DNA of 64,000 nt from Phycisphaerae bacterium. Its GTDB lineage: Bacteria; Planctomycetota; Phycisphaerae; UBA1845; Fen-1342. Positions 29,111-38,994 of this stretch are shown here, in pieces. The DNA lies in NCBI GenBank assembly GCA_963675745.2, contig CAXXWX010000027.1:177985-241984 (forward strand), given 5' to 3'. Under the pieces are notes generated by a model. That model did no database searches and was not told the origin of the DNA. It saw nothing but the letters and a program-made list of their open reading frames with translations. The translations under genes and the position numbers were made by a program. Numbering within the stretch: position 1 is the stretch's first letter; each line of letters begins with the position of its first letter.

Positions 29111-32100
29111 TTATGGATCACGCGTGTGGTCTGGCTGTGGCGCGCGCTGCTTGGCGAGTGACTTGTAGTAGGCGTCCAGCAGTGGCTGCAACTCGGGCGC
29201 GACATGCTGGTCGGGCGGCGGTGCGATGAGTGCCAGATCGTCCGCCGACTCCGGCACATCGCCGAATTCCTCTGACGCATCGCCGGCCCGCCCACGTCCG
29301 CGCTGCCGGCCGGCGTCACCAACGGCGTGATCATGCGTGATCTTCGGTGCGGCGTCGGCGGCTTGCGCGCGGCGCCACTGTTGCCGCAGTGTCTCAAACG
29401 CGCGCGTGAACTGCTCGACGCGCTCCGGCCGCCACTCGGTATCCTCGAGCCAATCGCGAAGCTCACCATCGCCACGCTCGAGCAGGTGTCGCAGCGACAG
29501 CGGGAATGACTCGCCGCTCGTCTCGGGCGTGGAGCCTGGCGGCAACGGCCCAGCCGGCTCAAGCGGGTCAGCGGTTGAGCGCGGCGTTGTGTTCGCGCCA
29601 GAGCCATTCGCGGCTCCGCCACCCGGACCCGCAGCGTCGCCATTGTGTGCCGCTTCACCGTTTGAGTCTGACGCACAAGAACCGGCGGTGGGTTCATCGG
29701 CCGCGTTGCCGGGCGTGTCGCCCGCGCCGGGTGCGCCTTCCGCCGATCCTTGTTCACCACCGGCGGGCGGCTGATCGCCGGCGCCAGCGGACTGCGCGCC
29801 GGGCTCCTTGCCGTCAGACTCGGATTCTGAACCGGCGGCCCCGGCACCCTCCTTGGATGCCTCATCAGACCCCGCATTGCCCGGCGTGTCACCAGCGCCG
29901 GACGCACCTTCCGCCGATCCTTGTTCACCACCGGCGGACGGCTGAGCGCCGGCGCCAGCGGACTGCGCGCTGGGCTTCTCGCCGTCAGACGGGGGCTTTG
30001 ACTCCGCCGCTTGCGCCACCCCCACGTTGGATGCCTCGTCGGAACCCGCGCCCGCGTCCGCCCCCTGTTCACAGGCCGCTGACTCACCCTCCGCCTGATC
30101 AGCATCCGTAGTAGACTCGCCCGGCGAGGTGGACTCACCGTCCGCCGCAGCTTCACCCGGCGAGGTCACATCGGCTGGGCTTGCTGACCCCGGCTCATGC
30201 TCGACACCGTCCGGCCCGGGCTGGCGGCTTTCCCGTTGTGATTCTGCTGAAGGCCTCTCTGACGCCTGCTCCCCGGCGGGTTCTTCAGCTTCGAGAATAC
30301 GGTCCAGGTCGGCGAGTTCCTCGCTGAACTCCCGCGCGAAGTCCGCCAGTGCCTGCTCCAGTTCCGCATTGCCCTCGCCGCGATCAGCGGAAGCGTCAGT
30401 GTCGGCGCCAGGTTCGCGCGGGGATTGCCCCTGGTCCGCATCATCGCGTCCCACAGCAGCCGACTCTCGGCGTTCATCATCAACCGTCTTACCATCCGCG
30501 TCAGGCTGATTCCGGTCTTCCGGGCGGGTTTCGGGTGCTGGCTCGTCCGCTTGATCCATGGCCCCGGCGGCTTCGGCAGTGTCCGGATCAGCTTCTGAAC
30601 CACCCTCACCGTCTCGTGACTCCGCAGTGCCGGCAGCCTCGCCATCGCCGTCCCCTTTGGATGGGTCGGCAGCTCCATCACTATCGCCGGGGTGGCGTGC
30701 CCCGTCGTCCGACGGCGCGTTGTCAGGCTTCGCGTCCGGAGTGGGCGCCGGAGGGATGGGATTCACCAACGTCAGCCGGCGACTGCGGCCGAGTTGCGGC
30801 GCCGCCACGCCGTCCGGGCGTGCGTGGTTGTCATGCGCCTCGAACCACAGGTAAGCCTCCTTGCCCGGGGCCAGCCCTAAGCGGCGTAACGACATGTCGA
30901 GCGGGATGCCGCGCGATTCGCTCTCGCCCAGATCATCTAGCGCCTGCGGAAACCGTGTCTGCAGGCCATCCAACTCGTATACGGCGGCGAGATCGGTGAT
31001 GCCATAATCATCGCCGGCCAAGGCCCGCACGCTATCGATCAGCCGCAAATCGACGACATCCGCCGCATCGTCCACCGGTTCCACGATGCTGACCCGTGGC
31101 GCCGCGTCAGCCAGCAGCGTGACGCGGTAAAGCTGCGACGCCGTTGCGGGATACTCCCACGGATCAGTGTATGTGACGCCGATCGTGCCCGGCTCGGTAA
31201 TCCAGAAAGTTCCGGTGGCGGCGGCTGGGTCGTGCGCGGAAACACGCATTCTCGTGCGCTGTTCAGCGGCGGATCGATAGATCAAGGCCGGGCTGTGAAT
31301 ATCGCCGTTACTGGTGATCGTCAGCGCAGCGCGCGAACCGGGCAGAACGGCGACGTCCGATGTCGCGACCGAGTGCGGCGCGAGTTTGCTATACGCCGGC
31401 GGCGTGATCTCGAGTGCCTGGCTGGTAACGCGCGGTTGGGGTAGCACCTCAACATCGCCAACCAGCCGTCCGTCGCCGGCGACAATCTCGAAGTGCAGAT
31501 CACCGGCGACCTCGTGCGGTGCCAGCACGGTTTCGAAGACTGGCCGCCCGGCGAAGCTGCCAACCGCCATCGGCTCATATGTGAGCATTTGCTCGGAATC
31601 GGTGGGCCGCACGTACAGACGAAGGTCGTCCGCGCGCCGTCCGAGCATGGAGATCCGAAACCGCAAAGGCTCGCCGGCGTGAACAATATCGTCCGCACTT
31701 GGGGACAGCAGCGTGAGGCGTGTGGCGGTCGGTGCAGGTAACGCCGCCCCAAAGAAGCGCGCCAGCGATGGGCCTACCGGCTTGGGGGCCGCCAGACAAT
31801 AGACGAGCCAGCCCAACACCGCGCCGCCGACCGCGATCGCCGGCGTGGTGTGCAGCCAGCGGATGCGCAGCACCTGGACCGGATGCGTGCGGATGCCGCG
31901 TTCCGCCTGTTCGGCCGCGGCGGCGTGTGCATATTGCGTCTGCGTCGCGCGCCCGAGCAGGACGGCGTTCACCACACTGTTGTGCGGAATCGCGTAATGC
32001 CGCTCCAGGTGGCGCGCGGCAAACGCGGAATCGACACGCCGGATTACGCCCAGAACCAAGCACGCGGCGAGCGAAACCGCCAGGCTACCAGACCAGACGA

Positions 32101-32335
32101 ACAGCGCCCCTCGCAAAACGCCCCGCGGCAAGCCTCCCGGCCAGGCATGATCGAACATGACCACCAGCAGCGGGAACAGCAGCACCGGCACGGCGATCAG
32201 CAACACCTGTCGCCGTAACGTGTGCCGGCAAATCGCACGTCGCGCGGCGTCAAGAGCGGCCTCAAGCCCGCTACGGGCCGTAACCGACCCCGGCGTCGTC
32301 GGACAATCAGCGTCAGTAGGACGAACGGCTGACAT
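29111..32335 (-). CDS. Membrane-anchored DUF4175-like protein with a long low-complexity acidic/Gly-rich tail
   Basis: Three N-terminal TM segments; ITPPAYS; DAAPRVSI; DDYGI; EAHDN; C-terminal VAPELQPLLDAYY. Confidence 0.65.
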   Translation of the reverse strand: MSAVRPTDADCPTTPGSVTARSGLEAALDAARRAICRHTLRRQVLLIAVPVLLFPLLVVMFDHAWPGGLPRGVLRGALFVWSGSLAVSLAACLVLGVIRRVDSAFAARHLERHYAIPHNSVVNAVLLGRATQTQYAHAAAAEQAERGIRTHPVQVLRIRWLHTTPAIAVGGAVLGWLVYCLAAPKPVGPSLARFFGAALPAPTATRLTLLSPSADDIVHAGEPLRFRISMLGRRADDLRLYVRPTDSEQMLTYEPMAVGSFAGRPVFETVLAPHEVAGDLHFEIVAGDGRLVGDVEVLPQPRVTSQALEITPPAYSKLAPHSVATSDVAVLPGSRAALTITSNGDIHSPALIYRSAAEQRTRMRVSAHDPAAATGTFWITEPGTIGVTYTDPWEYPATASQLYRVTLLADAAPRVSIVEPVDDAADVVDLRLIDSVRALAGDDYGITDLAAVYELDGLQTRFPQALDDLGESESRGIPLDMSLRRLGLAPGKEAYLWFEAHDNHARPDGVAAPQLGRSRRLTLVNPIPPAPTPDAKPDNAPSDDGARHPGDSDGAADPSKGDGDGEAAGTAESRDGEGGSEADPDTAEAAGAMDQADEPAPETRPEDRNQPDADGKTVDDERRESAAVGRDDADQGQSPREPGADTDASADRGEGNAELEQALADFAREFSEELADLDRILEAEEPAGEQASERPSAESQRESRQPGPDGVEHEPGSASPADVTSPGEAAADGESTSPGESTTDADQAEGESAACEQGADAGAGSDEASNVGVAQAAESKPPSDGEKPSAQSAGAGAQPSAGGEQGSAEGASGAGDTPGNAGSDEASKEGAGAAGSESESDGKEPGAQSAGAGDQPPAGGEQGSAEGAPGAGDTPGNAADEPTAGSCASDSNGEAAHNGDAAGPGGGAANGSGANTTPRSTADPLEPAGPLPPGSTPETSGESFPLSLRHLLERGDGELRDWLEDTEWRPERVEQFTRAFETLRQQWRRAQAADAAPKITHDHAVGDAGRQRGRGRAGDASEEFGDVPESADDLALIAPPPDQHVAPELQPLLDAYYKSLAKQRAPQPDHTRDP
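29702..29990. repeat. Intragenic tandem duplication, 171-bp (57-aa) period
   Basis: GATCCTTGTTCACCAC at 29745 and 29916; protein SDG..P.AQSAGAG.QP.AGGEQGSAEGA.GAGDTPGNA occurs twice. Confidence 0.85.
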
Positions 32336-32530
32336 GGTTTGATTTTAGCGTTAAAAAAGGGAATGATTAAGGGAACAGCACGAACGGCTATCTGCTACCA
32401 ACCATCCGCCACCGGCCACAGAAACAGCGTTTCATCGGCCGCAGTCAGTTGTTGCGGCTGACCGCCGATAGCTGAATGCTGACCGCTACGTCGGGGAACG
32501 GGGAACACGCACTCGGCTGGTGTGGCGCCG

Positions 32531-34858
32531 TTATGGGGTCGCTGGTCTGATCGGCGGCAGCTCGCCCAAGTACCAGGAATCCCACGGTGGCAGTGGGTTG
32601 TTGGGATTCTCCGGCGACCGCTCGAAGCGTATGTAGCCGTCGGCGTTGTATCCGTCACTGACAACGCCAGTCTCCCCGGTGATGATCCAGCCGCGTCTTG
32701 CATGCTCACCGACGATGGTGTTGGGTTTGCCTTCGATGTTGTCCGCGAGCGTAATAGTGAACCTGACCGCATTGTCAGGGTCGACGGCGTACACGGTAGG
32801 TTCGCTCAGGATCTTGTTGTCTGCTATGTTGAACGTGACTTGGCAATACTGCTCCGAGAATGGTTGGACACAGTGGTACCACACCGGGCGCAGCGGTGCC
32901 GGAGCGGACTTCCGCAGGGCCGGCTCCTGCTCGATGTACGAGGTGGCACACAACGCTGTGTTCGGCAGGATCAGATCCGCCTCCGGCTTGATGGCGAAGA
33001 CGACGGGGGGATGTGCAGGTCCGCATCCCGGTGGATCATTAACCAGGCGATCTTCCAGCAGTGCCGCGCCGTTCAGACCGGCACAGACGAGCAAGCGCGG
33101 CTTGGCCATCCAGTACAGATCGCCAATGGCGGCATCTACCCACACGCGATAGCACAGCGTGCCGTCGAGGCGGTAGATACAAACCGCCGAATGTGTGACA
33201 CTCTCGTGCATGAAGACCGCGATCAACTCATTGACGGCCGCGCCGCCGGCGTCAGGGAACACGTCGGCGAGCAAGGCCCGTACGGCACCGAAGTTCTGCG
33301 CCAAGAAGACACGTCCATCGTCCCTCCGACGCTGCCTGATCTCTTCGACCGGGATGTCAGCATCGTCGAGGCGTAGTTCCATGTAAGCCGCGTTGCGGTC
33401 TCGATTCAGGTCGTAGAACGCAAAAGAGCCTCTCGGGCCTCGCAAGTTGTTCCCCCTGTAGCCGATGATCGCCAACGGACCGCGGCTCGCCGCCGCGGGC
33501 GCTGCGACAAGTTCCGCGTACTCTATCTGGCCTCTGTCGCCCCCATACCAGCTTTTGAGAACCGTTCCTGTTGCCGTCTGGAGCTGCGCCGCCTTGTTCT
33601 TGCCTACGATGACGACCCGATCCGGACGCATGGACGTATACCAGACCACGAGCGCACTGGCGATCGCCGTGATGACGAGCATAAGAACACATGCAGCGCT
33701 CGTCACGATCACAGGATGTCGAACGGCCCACCGGAGCACTCTCGTAGCGAGCGTCGGCGGCCGGGCTTCAATTGTCTCCCCCGACAGATGGCGGCGAATG
33801 TCCTGCGCCAGGGCGGCGGATGATTCGTAGCGACGGGCTGGGCTCTTCTCCAGCGCCTTCAGCAGGATCGCCTCCACGTCGCCGCGCAGACGCCGTTTGA
33901 ACTCGCTCGGACGGCGGGGCGGCTCGTCCTTGATGACGCGGATGGCTGCGTAAATGGTCGTGCCGGACGTGTCATATGGGGCGCTGCCGGCCAGCAACTC
34001 ATACAGCACGACGCCGAGCGAATATATGTCCGTCCGCGTATCGATCGCAGAGGAGTCGCCATCGCATTGTTCGGGGCTCATGTAGTGCAGCGTGCCAACG
34101 AGCTCGCCGGTGCGCGTACATTGCGTGGTTAGCATAATGTCCGCGTCTGTTGACCGCGCCACACCGAAGTCGATCACCCTGGGCTGACCGTCGCGGCCAA
34201 CCAGGATGTTCGAAGGCTTCAGGTCGCGGTGAATGATCCCCTTCTGGTGCCCGTGCTGGACCGCGTCGCAGACGTGAGCAAACAGCTCCAATCGCTGCCG
34301 TACGGTGAGTCGCTCCACGTCGGCATAGTCGATCAGCGGCTGCGCCTCGGGAATGAGCTCCATCGCAAAGTATGGCAGCGCCCCAGGCTCGTCGTCGTGC
34401 ACCCCCGCTTCGAACACCTGGGCAATGTTGGGGTGGCGGAGTCGCCCCAGCACCTCAGGCTCCAGCCGAAACCGCGCCAACGCCGATGAGGCACTGAGCC
34501 CCGGCCGCAGGACCTTGAGCGCAACGGATCGCGCGGGCTGGTCCTGCGCAGCTTCAAACACGCAGCCCATACCGCCTACGGCGATCAGCCGAACGAGCGT
34601 GTAGCGCCCGATCTTCGTGCCAAGCAACTTGTCGGCCCAGGTATCAGGCTCGGCTTGGGCAGCTTGGGACGCCAACACCGGCGATGCCAGGAAGCCGTCG
34701 CAAGCTTGCGATTGGTGCGCTAGCAGCGATTCCACTTCGGCGCGCAGCCCGGCATCGTCGCCACATGCTTCGTCCAGCATCGCGGGCCGATCTTCCGGCG
34801 GCGCATCCAGCACGCGTTCAAAGATGTCCTGCACGCGTTGCCAGATGTCGGTGGTCAT
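32531..34858 (-). CDS. Hanks-type Ser/Thr protein kinase with a TM segment and extracytoplasmic domain
   Basis: N-terminal WQRVQDIF...LRAEVESLL; GGMGCV; VALKV; HRDLKPSN; DFGVA; GTLHYMSPEQ; DIYSLG. Confidence 0.95.
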   Translation of the reverse strand: MTTDIWQRVQDIFERVLDAPPEDRPAMLDEACGDDAGLRAEVESLLAHQSQACDGFLASPVLASQAAQAEPDTWADKLLGTKIGRYTLVRLIAVGGMGCVFEAAQDQPARSVALKVLRPGLSASSALARFRLEPEVLGRLRHPNIAQVFEAGVHDDEPGALPYFAMELIPEAQPLIDYADVERLTVRQRLELFAHVCDAVQHGHQKGIIHRDLKPSNILVGRDGQPRVIDFGVARSTDADIMLTTQCTRTGELVGTLHYMSPEQCDGDSSAIDTRTDIYSLGVVLYELLAGSAPYDTSGTTIYAAIRVIKDEPPRRPSEFKRRLRGDVEAILLKALEKSPARRYESSAALAQDIRRHLSGETIEARPPTLATRVLRWAVRHPVIVTSAACVLMLVITAIASALVVWYTSMRPDRVVIVGKNKAAQLQTATGTVLKSWYGGDRGQIEYAELVAAPAAASRGPLAIIGYRGNNLRGPRGSFAFYDLNRDRNAAYMELRLDDADIPVEEIRQRRRDDGRVFLAQNFGAVRALLADVFPDAGGAAVNELIAVFMHESVTHSAVCIYRLDGTLCYRVWVDAAIGDLYWMAKPRLLVCAGLNGAALLEDRLVNDPPGCGPAHPPVVFAIKPEADLILPNTALCATSYIEQEPALRKSAPAPLRPVWYHCVQPFSEQYCQVTFNIADNKILSEPTVYAVDPDNAVRFTITLADNIEGKPNTIVGEHARRGWIITGETGVVSDGYNADGYIRFERSPENPNNPLPPWDSWYLGELPPIRPATP

Positions 34859-34893
34859 GGCTTCGTGTCTCTTCGCAACGGAGGCGCCTACGC

Positions 34894-34985
34894 GTGGCGG
34901 CCGATGTGCTCCTCGGCCGAAGAACATGCCGACGCGAACAGCCGTCGGCATGGCACCCAGTAGCGGCCAACCCCCGAGTCAGCCG
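34894..34985. repeat. BIME-like REP unit between the ECF sigma factor and kinase genes
   Basis: CATGCCGACGCGAACAGCCGTCGGCATGGCACCC is identical to 19328-19361 and is flanked by GTGG/GTAG-CGGCC hairpins. Confidence 0.85.
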
Positions 34986-35003
34986 TTCTTTTGCTCCGGA
35001 CTG

Positions 35004-35567
35004 TCACGACAACTCGCGGTGCAACCAGGTCTTGGCGAACCGCCACTCCTTGTCGACCTGTCGCGGGGATACGCCCAGCACGTCCGCCGTTTCATCTATG
35101 GACAATCCACTGAAATACCGCAATTCGACGACTTCCACTTTGCGAGCGTCGTGTTGCCGCAGTTTCCCCAGCGCCTCGTCCAGCGCCAGGACCTCCGCGG
35201 GGTGATATTCAAGGGCGACGGCCACCTTCCCAAGTTCCCCGGGCCGTCGGTCGCCGCCGCGTTTAAGCCTGCCTCTCTTACGTGCGTCATCTACGAGGAA
35301 TTGGCGCATGGCTTTCGCGGCGGCGGAGAAAAAGTGTCGGCGGTTGGCAGGGACGGCGGCCCCATCGCGGCCCATGAGGCGCAGGTAAGCCTCCTGGACC
35401 AGCACAGTCGTCTGAAGATGGCTGCGGTGGCCCTCGCGCGCCATCCGCGCCTTGGCGACGCGGTGCAGCTCCTCATACACGACACGCCAAAGCCGCTCCG
35501 CGGCCCCGGCGTCGCCATCACCAACGGCGGAGAGGAGCGATGTGATCTGGCTCCGCGGACCGGTCAC
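35004..35567 (-). CDS. ECF sigma factor, planctomycete kinase-associated type
   Basis: ITSLL...VYEELHRVA...LQTTVLVQEAYLRL...FFSAAAKAMRQFLVD.AR...KRGG...VELRYFSGLS. Confidence 0.9.
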   Translation of the reverse strand: MTGPRSQITSLLSAVGDGDAGAAERLWRVVYEELHRVAKARMAREGHRSHLQTTVLVQEAYLRLMGRDGAAVPANRRHFFSAAAKAMRQFLVDDARKRGRLKRGGDRRPGELGKVAVALEYHPAEVLALDEALGKLRQHDARKVEVVELRYFSGLSIDETADVLGVSPRQVDKEWRFAKTWLHRELS

Positions 35568-35952
35568 GGCTGAACCCCCAAGCGGCGGCGCGAGTTCGGC
35601 GTCTGAAGTGACTCTTCCCAGAAGAAACCGCAGTATAGCCCCATCCATCGCCCAACCCAAGAGCCCGCCCCGCCGGCACCGCAATCGAGTGACCCGCGTC
35701 CTGAACACCGCTTGCAAGCCGCATTGAGCTTCCCGGAGTCCTGACTACCCGGCGGGCAGATTATTCCGAAAACGCGTGCGCCCCGCCGAGCAGGCCGGCG
35801 CACCTGATGATGGCGGCACGAGACCGCCCTAAAAGACACGGCCGCTCAAGGCAAAGAGCAATGCGCGGACCACATCACGGCTAATTGGGAAATGCCGGGG
35901 ACGTTATGTGTGCAACGCCCATTCACCGACGTATCGAGACAAGGAGATGCAG

Positions 35953-37154
35953 ATGAGACTCGGAAATACGATCGGAATCGCGTGTGTGTGTAGCCTGGCC
36001 CTGGCTACCGTGTGTCCAGCCGCCGTAATCACCGTATGCTGGGATGGAACTGCAGACTACACGGAGATACAGGTCGCGATCAACGCCGCTAACCCCGGTG
36101 ACGAGATTGTCGTCTGCCCGGGTACCTACAGCGAGACAATCACCTTCACTGGCAACCCGGTCACATTACGCAGTTCGGAAGGGCCAGATGTCACGGTAAT
36201 CAACGGCACGGGCGGTGCCGTAGTCAGATGCCTCAGCGGCCAGGGGCACGAGACAGTCCTGCAAGGCTTCACGATCACGGGGGGAGCATCGGAAACGAAG
36301 GTTACCATGGCGGCATGCACAACGAGGGTAGCAGCCCCAAGGTGATGGACTGCATCTTCCTCGGGAATGTCGGCGGCGATGGCGGCGGAATGGCTAATTT
36401 CAACGGGAGCAGCCCCCTCGTGATCAACTGCAGCTTCTTTGGCAACACGGCCAGCGATGGCGGCGGGATGGAAAACCAGATCAACTGCAATCCGATCGTC
36501 GTGAACTGCGTGTTCAGCGGTAACCGTGCGAGCGAGGGAGGCAACCCTGATGGCGGCGCCGTCCGCGTCGTCAACAACAGCGCTCCCGTCTTCATTAACT
36601 GCACCTTCAGCGGGAACACGGCGTTGAGACTCGGCGGCGGCATCATGTGCTACAACAGCGCGCCCGTTTTCCGAAACTGCATCATCTGGGGCAACTCGGA
36701 CAGTGGTGGAACAGGTGAATTCGCCCAGATCATCGTCGAAAGTGGCACCGCTATCGTGACAAGTAGTTGCATCCAGGGCTGCTCAAGCTACTGCGCCGAC
36801 CCCAACGACGGCAACATCGGTGACGACCCGCTCTTGCTCGGCCCGGCCGGGGTGGACGGCACCGTCGGCACGGTGGACGATGACCTGCACCTGACCACCG
36901 CCTCGCCATGCATCGATGCCGGTGACACATCGCTGTTGCCCGCCGGCCTGTACGTTGACCGCGACGGCAGCGGGCGCGTGCTCGACTTGAGCGAGGCCCC
37001 GAACACCGGCGTTCCATCCCTGCTCACGCCGGCCACGGTTGACATGGGGGCGTATGAGTACCGCCGATTCCGTCTGCCCGGGGATGTCAATGGCGATGAC
37101 CTCTTCAATAATGCCGACATCGACCCGTTTGTCGCTCTGTTGAGTGGCAGTTAG
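35953..37154 (+). CDS. Secreted right-handed beta-helix protein with a C-terminal dockerin-like motif; one apparent +1 frameshift in a G run near 36280
   Basis: AAGGAG RBS; signal peptide; IQVAINAANPGD.I.V.PGTY; GGGM/NC.F.GN repeats; SPCIDAGD; VDMGAYE; GDVNGD..NNADIDPFV; split over ORFs 35908 and 36228. Confidence 0.8.
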
Positions 37155-37324
37155 CGGCCAATACGCATTGCGCGACGTGTGCTTATGGGGCGTCAATGGC
37201 GCGATGGCCGGAGGAACTCGCTGAGGGAGCGGGGAATACCGGGCTGACGGATTAAGGCCGCGACGGAAGTACGAACACTGTCCCCCAGCCCCGCTCCCCG
37301 CTCCCTCAATCCCTTGGCCCCTCA

Positions 37325-37589
37325 GGGTCCGTGACACAATTCGGCGGGTCGTAGCCAGGGCGTCCAGCAGGGACGCAATGAACGTAGCACAGCACGAAGT
37401 GCTGGGGCAATTGTGGCCACGTGAAAACCGAGTCCCACGGGGACGGCTGAGCTTTCAGTCGTCCCTGCGGGACTTGGCGGCTGGGATCGAGACCCAGCAC
37501 TGCGTGCTGGGCTATATTCAGATGCCCCTTCGGGGCGAATAACTCGGAAACCACCGGCGCGGAATTCCCGCCGCAAGTGTCACGGACCC
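37325..37589. mobile_element. 265-bp MITE-like element with a 9-bp TSD
   Basis: Ends GGGTCCGTGACACAATTCGGCGG and (reverse complement) GGGTCCGTGACACTTGCGGCGG; direct repeat GGCCCCTCA at 37316-37324 and 37590-37598. Confidence 0.9.
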
Positions 37590-37611
37590 GGCCCCTCATT
37601 CCCTGCCCCCC

Positions 37612-38922
37612 CAGGGCGATCGCATTCTCAGGTTTTCGGTTTTGGGTCGTGGATCAGGAGGCTGAGGAGGTAGTCGTGGTTCCAGCCGGCGAGTAGGCGT
37701 CGGGCGCGGATGCTGCGGGCTTTGGGTGGTCCGGCTTTGAGCAGGTTCAGGGCGATCCGGCTCAGACGCGAGAAGTTTTCGGCTGCGTAGCCGCTGCGGA
37801 TCCGTCGCTGGTCCTCGCCGAAGATCACGTCGAGCCGCCAATGCAGCCGATTCTCGACGCCCCAGTGCCCGCGGACGCGTTCGAGCATGCGGGCAGCGTC
37901 GCACTTTTCGATGCTGCTGATGTAGTAACGCCGGTCGGTCTCGACCTGCTCGCCGATCCGCCGCGTGGCCTCGACGCAGGCAAAGCTGCTGAGGTTTTGC
38001 CACTGCGCCCCAGCCGGCAGCCAGCTGACATCGGTGGTCATCCAACAGCGCCGCGTCTCGATCCGCCCGTGCCCCTTGTCATGCTCCTGCGTATAGTCGT
38101 GTGCGACGGCGTGGGCGTCTTTCCGGCGACACTCGTCGAAGAGCAGCTCCAGTTCTTTCTGCAAGTGCGGATGATTGCCCTTGACCTGGAGCACGTAATC
38201 GGCTCCACAAGAGATGGCCTTCTCGGCAATCGCCTTCTGGCAGCCCATTGCGTCGGTGGTGATCACGGCGCCGTCCAGGTCCAGCAACTCCAGCAGCTTT
38301 GGAATAGCGGTGATCTCGTTGCTCTTGGCGTCGGTTACGATCTGTCCGAGAACCGTTTGGTTGCTCGCGCACCAGGCGCTGACCATGTGCAACGCAGATT
38401 TCTTCGCCGCCGTGTCGAAGCTGCGGCGGATCGTCTTGCCGTCGATGGCGACCAGCCGGCCGACCTTCGTCCGCGACAGGTGGCGTACCCAGGCGAGGAA
38501 GCAACGCTCGAAGGCGTCGGGGTCGAGCCGCGCGAAGACGCGACCGAAGGTGTCGTGCGAAGGGATGCCGTGCGGCAGACGCAGGAAGGTGGCAAACCAC
38601 TTCTGCTTGCCGCGGCCGAAAAGTTCGACATCCTCCCAACCCTCGGCGCCGCAGATCACGGCGCAGATGGCGATGACGAGGATGTCCAGCAACTCGTGCC
38701 GGCGACCCTGGTTGGAACGCGGATCTTCCATATCACTGAAAAAGCGCAGGATGCCACGCGGGGCGTTGACGTCCATGCCAAAGCTCCTTCTCGAAGGGAC
38801 CGCTGATGTCCCTGCGTGGCCAACGCAGAACGATGATAACCTGCTTACCCCCAACCGCGCGCAAGCGCAACCCGTACATACACCGAACATCCATTATTTA
38901 CCACGAGAATGCGATCGCCCTG
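37612..38922 (-). mobile_element. ISAs1-family insertion sequence (1311 bp)
   Basis: Perfect 18-bp TIR CAGGGCGATCGCATTCTC at both ends, enclosing the transposase. Confidence 0.9.
37628..38776 (-). CDS. ISAs1-family DDE transposase
   Basis: GAAGGAG RBS; DPR..GRRHEL; IPSHDTF; AIDGKT; KSNEITAIP; DAMGCQ; KGHGRIETR; RGHWGVENRLHW.LD. Confidence 0.95.
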   Translation of the reverse strand: MDVNAPRGILRFFSDMEDPRSNQGRRHELLDILVIAICAVICGAEGWEDVELFGRGKQKWFATFLRLPHGIPSHDTFGRVFARLDPDAFERCFLAWVRHLSRTKVGRLVAIDGKTIRRSFDTAAKKSALHMVSAWCASNQTVLGQIVTDAKSNEITAIPKLLELLDLDGAVITTDAMGCQKAIAEKAISCGADYVLQVKGNHPHLQKELELLFDECRRKDAHAVAHDYTQEHDKGHGRIETRRCWMTTDVSWLPAGAQWQNLSSFACVEATRRIGEQVETDRRYYISSIEKCDAARMLERVRGHWGVENRLHWRLDVIFGEDQRRIRSGYAAENFSRLSRIALNLLKAGPPKARSIRARRLLAGWNHDYLLSLLIHDPKPKT

Positions 38923-38994
38923 ACACCGGGACAATCGTGTTGCCGGCGGCGGTTGTACAGCGCCGCGATTCGCTTATACTACGCGACACTTGTC

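Noticed and set aside
29008..30156. 382-aa Arg/Pro-rich ORF
   Set aside because: It is an alternative frame of the low-complexity tail of 29111..32335
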